From: Haloferula sp.
GTDB lineage: Bacteria > Verrucomicrobiota > Verrucomicrobiia > Verrucomicrobiales > Akkermansiaceae
Assembly: GCF_049672945.1 (NCBI RefSeq)
Contig: NZ_JBATWY010000099.1
Coordinates: 4,401 to 36,400 of the forward strand
Direction: 5' to 3'
DNA length: 32,000 nt
In this document: in pieces, positions 26,301 through 32,000 of the stretch
Position numbering within the stretch: the first letter of the stretch is position 1
How the letters are laid out: every line of letters starts with the position of its first letter
Notes under the pieces: generated by a model
What the model was told of the DNA's origin: nothing
What the model saw: the letters and a program-made list of their open reading frames with translations, nothing else
Database searches by the model: none
Position numbers and translations under genes: made by a program

Positions 26301-26761
26301 AGCAATCGAGCAGCGGAACCTCCCGCTACGTCGATTCCTCGGTCGAACGCCTCCAGCTCAAGGTCAGCGGCTTCACCGACTCTCGCCACCAGGTGACCTG
26401 CAATGGCGTTTCCGTCCCGCTTCACCCGACCGGCCGTCAGGGCGAATACATCGCCGGCATCCGCTACCGCGCCTGGGACCCCTACTCCGCCCTCCACCCG
26501 ACCCTGCCGATCAACTCGCCGCTCACCTTCGATGTCGTCGATACCTGGAACCAACGCTCGGTTGGCGGCTGCAAGTACCACGTCGTCCATCCCGGTGGAC
26601 GCGCTTATGACGATTTCCCGCTGAATGCCTTTGTCGCCGAAAGCCGTCGCCGTTCGCGATTTTTCACGATCAATCGCTCGCCAGGCAAGCTCGACCCTCC
26701 GGCACCAAAAATCGACCGCGAGTACCCCATGACCCTCGACCTTCAGCGATACCCTGCCTAG
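23369..26761 (+). CDS. large transglutaminase-family protein with DUF2126-type C-terminal region (COG4196-like, 1130 aa)
   Basis: [62 protein letters not shown] is a Bact_transglu_N domain. The core is [28 protein letters not shown], then [22 protein letters not shown]. A conserved extension of about 800 aa follows (..[12 protein letters not shown].., ..[10 protein letters not shown].., ..[13 protein letters not shown].., ..[12 protein letters not shown]..), typical of DUF2126. Confidence 0.92.
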   Translation: [1130 protein letters not shown]

Positions 26762-26814
26762 GGTCCCCGCACGTTCCACTCCGGAGGCCCGGCCAAAGAA
26801 CGCATCGCCACGTG

Positions 26815-29370
26815 ATGCCCCAGCAGCAAGCCCAGTCTCAAGTTCCCGCAGCCGCCGACTCCGGCGGGCTTTTCGGCGCGTATGTGCCGGGCACCGGGGT
26901 GTTCGACGAGTTCCGCGACCAGCGCCTCGGCACCGAGTCGCCATGGAAGGATTTCGCCAAACGCATCAATGACTTCGGCTCCGAAGGACTCACCAACTCG
27001 TGGAAACGCGGCGAGGACATGCTGCGGGAAAACGGCATCGCCCACAATCTCCTCTCCGGCGAATCCGAGGAAAGCGTCCGACGCTGGGATCTCGATCCCC
27101 TCCCGATGCTCATTTCCGAAACGGAGTGGGCTTCGCTCTCCAAAGGCGTCATCCAGCGAGCCAAACTCTGGGACCTCATTCTTCACGACTGCTACGGGAA
27201 CCAGAACCTGCTGACCAGCGGCATCCTCCCCCCTTCCGTGCTCTTTTCCCAACCGGGATACGTCCGTTCGCTCCGCGGTCTGCCGAAACCAGATAGACCC
27301 CTGCTTTCCCTGTATGCCGTCGATGTTGCCCGCGATCCCAATGGCAACTGGACGGTCATCGCCGACCGGACCGAAACTCCCAACGGCATGGGATTCGCCC
27401 TCGAAAACCGGATCGTCCTCTCGAACGTCTTTCCCGAAACGTCGAAGAAACTGCATCTGGTCCGCCTCGCCAGCTTCTTTCAGGAACTCCGCAGCACCCT
27501 CGTTTCGCTCGCCTCCTCCGCCGTTGATACGCCAAGCGTCGTACTTCTCTCACCAGGACCGGGCGACAAAACCTATTTCGAAGACGCCTTCCTCACCCGC
27601 TACCTCGGCATCACCCTCGCCGTCGGCAGCGAACTGACCGTCCGCAACGACCGTCTCTTTCTCAAGACCGTCCGTGGACTCCAGCGGGTGCACGTCCTGA
27701 TCCGGCGCGTTCCGGATGGCGATGCCGATCCGCTCGAAATGCCGACCTCCAACCTCGTTGGCATCCCCGGCCTGATGCAGGCGATCCGCTCCGGCACCGT
27801 CGCGGTCATCAACCCACCGGGCACCGCCATCGCTGAAGCGCCCGCATTCCTTCCCTTTCTGCCGGCCATTTCCCGCCACTTCACCGGCGAAGAGCTGCTC
27901 ATCCCATCGATCGAAACCCACTGGAACCGAGCCGGCGGCAACGTCGAAACCCTGCTCACCTCGGGTTCCGCCGTCGTCAAGAGCGCCTTCACCCGAAACC
28001 TCTTCCCTCCAGCGCTCACCCGCTCACTTGATCAAGCCCAGCTCGATCAGCTCCGCCAGAAAATCACCAGGAACCCCGAGCAGTTCGTGGTCCAGCGCGA
28101 GATGCCCTTCTCCACCGCTCCGGTGTGGAATGGCAGTTCGATCGAAGCCAGACCCGTCGCGGTCCGGCTCTTCGTCTTTGCCAACGGCGACGACTACCGC
28201 GTGATGCCCGGCGGACTTGTGCGCAGCGCTTCCCGCTCGGACACTCTCCCGGGTCTCTCCCTTCACGAAAACACCAGCAGCAAGGACCTCTGGGTTCTCG
28301 GCAATCCCGCCAATCCTCCCCGTGTCACTTCAAACCTGACCCACCGGGTCGCCATTCGTCGAGGCCGCGGCAATCTCTCAAGTCACTCAGCCGACAACAT
28401 GCTCTGGATCGGCCGCTACTCGGAACGCTCCGAGTCCGCCACCCGCGTCCTGCTTGAAATCGTCCTGACGGCGGTCGACGAGGACTCCTCTTCGGACCTG
28501 CTTCCCGTCCAACCCCTTCTTCACGCCCTGTCGAAGCTGGACTACCTGGACGAATCAGACGTCGCGAAGTTCTCCGGCGACTTCGACCGCCTGTCACTGC
28601 TCAGGCTCATCAACTCCATTTACTACAAACCTAGTAAAAAACGACCACCGCATCTCGACTCGATCCCTGACAACCTCGGCCGCCTGAGATCGCTTGCCGC
28701 TCTTTCACGGGACCGCTTGTCCAACGAAACCTGGAGGATCGTACAAAACCTGGAGAAGATCGGCCATGGTCTGCAACCGAGATCCCTCTCCGGCCTGCGC
28801 GCACCGCTGCAACAGGCCATCCTCCTCCATTCGGCCTTCAACGGCACCTGCCGCGAAAACCTTACCCGCACGGAGAGCTGGCGTTTCCTCAACATCGGCC
28901 GCCGGCTCGAACGCTGTTCGTGGCTGCTGACCCTCGTGGAGCAGGTCCTCAGCGACCACCGCCTGCCACCCTCGGCCATCCTCGATGCGCTGCTTTCGGT
29001 CACCGACTGCACCATGACCTACCGCTTCCGCTACCAAGGGGCGCCCCAGCCCCTTCCAGCGCTCGATCTCGTGCTCTTCGACCCTGCCAACCCCCGCGGC
29101 CTCGCCTACCAGCTCGCGGACCTCGACCAGAATCTCTCGGAGCTCCCGCAAACCAACGATGAACGCATCATCCGCCCGGCCCATCGCACCATTCTCCGGG
29201 CTCTTCACTTCGTCCAAACCGAGCTACTCCAGGCACACGATGAAAAATCCGAAGCCGTGAACCTGAAACGAGTCCAAACCTTCGTCACGGACCTGCGCAA
29301 GAATCTCCCCACAGTCGCTGAGCAGCTCGGCTGGGAATTCTTCACCCACGCCTCCTACACCGCTACCTGA
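26815..29370 (+). CDS. fusion protein: circularly permuted ATP-grasp (N-terminal ~480 aa) + alpha-E domain (C-terminal ~330 aa)
   Basis: The N-terminal half is paralogous to 19941..21371 (RRWDLDPLPMLISETEWASLSKGVIQRAKLWDLILHDCY; NGNWTVIADRTETPNGMGF; NPPGTAIAEAPAF). The C-terminal half is paralogous to 21375..22415 (HSADNMLWIGRYSERSESATRVLLEIV; ESWRFLNIGRRLERCSWLLTLV). I prefer the ATG at 26815; a GTG at 26812 is also possible. Confidence 0.9.
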   Translation: MPQQQAQSQVPAAADSGGLFGAYVPGTGVFDEFRDQRLGTESPWKDFAKRINDFGSEGLTNSWKRGEDMLRENGIAHNLLSGESEESVRRWDLDPLPMLISETEWASLSKGVIQRAKLWDLILHDCYGNQNLLTSGILPPSVLFSQPGYVRSLRGLPKPDRPLLSLYAVDVARDPNGNWTVIADRTETPNGMGFALENRIVLSNVFPETSKKLHLVRLASFFQELRSTLVSLASSAVDTPSVVLLSPGPGDKTYFEDAFLTRYLGITLAVGSELTVRNDRLFLKTVRGLQRVHVLIRRVPDGDADPLEMPTSNLVGIPGLMQAIRSGTVAVINPPGTAIAEAPAFLPFLPAISRHFTGEELLIPSIETHWNRAGGNVETLLTSGSAVVKSAFTRNLFPPALTRSLDQAQLDQLRQKITRNPEQFVVQREMPFSTAPVWNGSSIEARPVAVRLFVFANGDDYRVMPGGLVRSASRSDTLPGLSLHENTSSKDLWVLGNPANPPRVTSNLTHRVAIRRGRGNLSSHSADNMLWIGRYSERSESATRVLLEIVLTAVDEDSSSDLLPVQPLLHALSKLDYLDESDVAKFSGDFDRLSLLRLINSIYYKPSKKRPPHLDSIPDNLGRLRSLAALSRDRLSNETWRIVQNLEKIGHGLQPRSLSGLRAPLQQAILLHSAFNGTCRENLTRTESWRFLNIGRRLERCSWLLTLVEQVLSDHRLPPSAILDALLSVTDCTMTYRFRYQGAPQPLPALDLVLFDPANPRGLAYQLADLDQNLSELPQTNDERIIRPAHRTILRALHFVQTELLQAHDEKSEAVNLKRVQTFVTDLRKNLPTVAEQLGWEFFTHASYTAT

Positions 29371-29372
29371 TC

Positions 29373-30260
29373 GTGCGCTATTCCATCCATCACCGCACCG
29401 TCTACCGCTACGAGGACAATGTCTCGTACTCGCATCATCTTGCACGGCTCACACCACTTGAGACCCCGGTTCAGAACCATATTTCATCGCGGATCGTCGT
29501 CACTCCCGCACCCGATATCCTGACCTCGCACCGCGACTACTTCAACAACCCGACCAGCTTCTTCTCTCTCGCCTCGCCGCATCAGGAACTCGTCATCGAC
29601 AGCCACTCCGAAGTGGTCATCGCCCACTCCCCCGCCAACACGCTCGACTTGTCGCCCGCTTGGGAGATCGTCCGCGACCAGGTCCGGCGATCCACGATTT
29701 CGGCCGATCTCGCGGCGGCGGAATTCTGTTTCGCCTCCCCGCTCTGCCCGGTTCTGCCGGACCTTGTCGCCTACACGCTCGAGTCCTTCCGCCCGGGGAC
29801 CCCGATCCTTCAGGCCACCACCGACCTGACAAGGCGGATCCACGAGGACTTCTCCTTCGACAACTCCGCCACCACCGTCACCACCCCGGTGAGCGAGGTT
29901 TTCGCCAAACGAGCCGGAGTCTGTCAGGACTTCGCCCACCTCCAGATCTCGTGCCTGCGCTCCCTCGGGCTGCCGGCGCGCTATGTCTCCGGCTACATCC
30001 GCACCGATCCACCTCCCGGAAAACCGAGACTCATCGGTGCCGACGCCTCTCACGCCTGGATTTCCCTCTACGTCCCCCAGCTCGGCTGGACGGACTTTGA
30101 TGCCACCAACAACATCATCCCCACCACCAATCACATCTGGGTGGCACACGGTCGCGATTACCACGACATCTGCCCGATTCGGGGCACGGTTTATGGCGGT
30201 GGCACCCAGACGCTCGCAATCGGGGTCACGGTCACGCCGCTTGAGTCGGCTTCATCGTGA
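29373..30260 (+). CDS. transglutaminase-like cysteine peptidase family protein (Bact_transglu_N + core), second copy
   Basis: The GTG start lies 2 nt after the previous stop. It begins MRYSIHHRTVYRYEDNVSYSHHLARLTP. The triad contexts are GVCQDFAHL, SHAWISLYV and DFDATN. Confidence 0.9.
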   Translation: MRYSIHHRTVYRYEDNVSYSHHLARLTPLETPVQNHISSRIVVTPAPDILTSHRDYFNNPTSFFSLASPHQELVIDSHSEVVIAHSPANTLDLSPAWEIVRDQVRRSTISADLAAAEFCFASPLCPVLPDLVAYTLESFRPGTPILQATTDLTRRIHEDFSFDNSATTVTTPVSEVFAKRAGVCQDFAHLQISCLRSLGLPARYVSGYIRTDPPPGKPRLIGADASHAWISLYVPQLGWTDFDATNNIIPTTNHIWVAHGRDYHDICPIRGTVYGGGTQTLAIGVTVTPLESASS

Positions 30261-30415
30261 ATTCACCCAATGATCCCGCTCGCCAAGTCATCGGGAAATT
30301 CCGGAATGCCTCACCAGCCATGCGTTGGTTGCGACTGAAAAAATCTGCCATCCTGGTCACAACCACTGAATCCCCGGACCAGCTAGTTCATAGCGTCCCA
30401 TAGGCTCAAAATCAA

Positions 30416-30850
30416 TTGCCCCGACTTGACAGCTCGGACACCCGACACTACCTGAGAAGCGTGTTTCGGCACCTCATCGTCGTCCTTGGCTGCATCCACT
30501 TGCTGGGTGGTCCTTACGGCGTGCTTCAGGTCATCGCCTGGACCGGGATGATCGTCAGCTACTCCCAAACGGAAGGGATTTCGAAAGGCCTCGCTCAAAC
30601 CTTCGACGGAGAGCATCCCTGCTCGCTTTGCGTTGCGATCGTTGACGCCAAAAAGGACGATAACGACAAGCAGCCTCTCTCGGGAGCTCCTGATAAACTC
30701 TCACTCAAAGAGCTTACACTCCCCGCGCAGATTACCCTGCGTGAACCGAGATCGAGTGAACCTCCAGCACGGCCCTACCTCGAGCCTTCGGCAAATCGCA
30801 TGAAGCTCCTCGTGGCCCCGCCGATTCCGCCTCCGCGCTCGTTCGCCTGA
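30416..30850 (+). CDS. hypothetical small membrane protein with HPCxLC motif and Pro-rich tail
   Basis: There are two hydrophobic segments (HLIVVLGCIHLLGGPYGVLQVIAWTGMIVSY), then TFDGEHPCSLCVAIVDAKKDD and a C-terminal APPIPPPRSFA. The start is uncertain: TTG at 30416 or in-frame GTG at 30461. The antisense ORF 30383..30616 is less protein-like. Confidence 0.5.
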   Translation: MPRLDSSDTRHYLRSVFRHLIVVLGCIHLLGGPYGVLQVIAWTGMIVSYSQTEGISKGLAQTFDGEHPCSLCVAIVDAKKDDNDKQPLSGAPDKLSLKELTLPAQITLREPRSSEPPARPYLEPSANRMKLLVAPPIPPPRSFA

Positions 30851-31125
30851 GCTGTTAGGACTCCCTGTCAGGGAAGTTTTCCCTCGAAGTGCATGTCATG
30901 CGTTCCGCGTCCCTTTGTCCGGACCCGGTCGTCGCATGACCCTTGAGCCCGCTTCCCGCAGCTCCAAAGAGATCCCTGCCTGACCGTGTCGCAACACGGC
31001 AGTCAGGACTGAACACCGCGTTGGCGCTTTCGACAGCTTCGCCGACTCGATCTCACAAGTTCCCAGCCAAACTGGCTGCGGTCCCATCGGCTGTCATCAA
31101 CCGAACCAACAACTCTCATTTTCTT

Positions 31126-31809
31126 ATGAAATCTATTCCTATTCTCACCGCACTTGCCGTCACCGCTCAAGCTGCCGTCGTCGACACCAATTACACCAAC
31201 CCCGGCCCGGACGGAGCCGCATTTCCCTACGAGGCATTCGTCACGATGTCCGCCAACGACTCCTGGTCCTCCGTCACCACGGTCGGTGGATGGAGCTACG
31301 TCGACCTCGCCAGCGGAGCCAATCCGAACCGTGGCTGGGGTCATGCGACGAGTTGGTATCTTCTTCAACTCGACAACGATTCCATCATCACCCTCTCCAT
31401 GAATGGCACTTCGGCCGACGCGCGACCGGGCTTCGTCATCTTCTCCGGAGAGTCCATCAACGACGATCCGGCCGCCCTTCACACCTTCTCCAACAACGGC
31501 CTCGACTGGGTCATGTTGAACGATTCATGGGATGATAATGGCGCGCTCAAGGCTGCGGCGAACGGAGACAACACCAACGATCCCGGGCTCGGATTCGCCG
31601 GAAATGCCGTCAGCTTATCCGCGAATAGCGTCACGGATTCCTTCTCGCTCCCAGCAGGACGATACACCATCGGCCTTGGAAATGCCGCCGACTCCGGCAG
31701 CTCTCCCACCGGGCAGGATATGAACTTCGACTTCGCCACCATCCCCGAGCCCTCAGCAGCGGCACTCCTCGCCCTCGGTCTCGGATTGAGCCTCCGCCGT
31801 CGCCGTTAG
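31126..31809 (+). CDS. PEP-CTERM sorting-domain secreted protein
   Basis: The ATG at 31126 gives the signal peptide MKSIPILTALAVTAQA/AVV. The C-terminus ATIPEPSAAALLALGLGLSLRRRR is a PEP motif, TM helix and Arg cluster. The upstream part of the track ORF (from 30943) was trimmed. Confidence 0.85.
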   Translation: MKSIPILTALAVTAQAAVVDTNYTNPGPDGAAFPYEAFVTMSANDSWSSVTTVGGWSYVDLASGANPNRGWGHATSWYLLQLDNDSIITLSMNGTSADARPGFVIFSGESINDDPAALHTFSNNGLDWVMLNDSWDDNGALKAAANGDNTNDPGLGFAGNAVSLSANSVTDSFSLPAGRYTIGLGNAADSGSSPTGQDMNFDFATIPEPSAAALLALGLGLSLRRRR

Positions 31810-31822
31810 ACTTCGAATCCCC

Positions 31823-31850
31823 GGGCCGGGAAGCCCGAGCTTCCCGGCCC
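31823..31850 (+). terminator. perfect 12-bp stem hairpin after the PEP-CTERM gene (no T-tract)
   Basis: GGGCCGGGAAGC-CCGA-GCTTCCCGGCCC lies 14 nt after the stop. It lacks a U-run, so its role as a terminator is uncertain. Confidence 0.4.
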
Positions 31851-31859
31851 CCATTCACC

Positions 31860-32000
31860 ATGCCTCTCCGCCTCCTCATTCTCCTCGCGCTCACCGTCCA
31901 CTGCGCCGCCTTCGAACACTTCGAAGCGCGACAGGTCCACCCTGTCGATCTTACCCCCGATGGCACGAAACTGCTTGCGCTGCAAAGCGTCCCGCATCGT
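31860..32000 (+). CDS. secreted hypothetical protein, N-terminal 47 codons only (runs off the right edge)
   Basis: My translation from the ATG at 31860 is MPLRLLILLALTVHCAAFEHFEARQVHPVDLTPDGTKLLALQSVPHR, which is open to the window end. It is a signal peptide followed by a propeller-like 'LTPDGTKLLA' start. Confidence 0.5.
   Translation, partial: MPLRLLILLALTVHCAAFEHFEARQVHPVDLTPDGTKLLALQSVPHR

Noticed and set aside
31805-31860. tRNA-like TTCGAATCC (T-loop-like) string after the PEP-CTERM gene
   Set aside because: The flanking bases do not form a T-stem, and no acceptor or anticodon arms can be drawn. The adjacent perfect hairpin is better explained as a transcript-end structure.

Overview
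High-GC (about 60% by eye) chromosomal segment, probably from a PVC-superphylum bacterium. Evidence for a Verrucomicrobiota-like origin is a Piru_Ver-type 'membrane-bound dehydrogenase' N-terminus at the left edge and a PEP-CTERM protein near the right edge. I support about 30 CDS and found no rRNA, tRNA, CRISPR array or catalytic transposase. Left to right: partial PVC dehydrogenase (-); ftsY, an orphan KAS-like gene and a YkuD/phosphoserine-phosphatase fusion, translationally coupled (+); a small HTH protein; a DUF2132-gcvT-gcvH-gcvP-Nudix string (-); DUF6172; an exported beta-carbonic anhydrase; a winged-helix regulator plus NaChBac-type voltage-gated Na+ channel (-) divergent from sbtA-sbtB (+); a lower-GC gene for an orphan secreted helical protein bracketed by ~345-bp direct repeats that duplicate the sbtB/lysR 3' ends; LysR (-) divergent from pirin, a DoxX-like protein and an FMN reductase; a rearrangement scar holding a 5'-truncated NrtD/CmpD-like ABC ATPase. 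The main candidate 'system' is a tight ~10.3-kb six-gene operon of two back-to-back circularly permuted ATP-grasp / alpha-E / transglutaminase modules. One module is split and one has the ATP-grasp and alpha-E fused, alongside a 1130-aa DUF2126-type transglutaminase protein. This is a predicted amidoligase/peptide-modification system with no known substrate. The window ends with a small HPCxLC membrane protein, a PEP-CTERM protein and a partial secreted ORF. All family calls rest on motif recognition by eye, and no searches were run.
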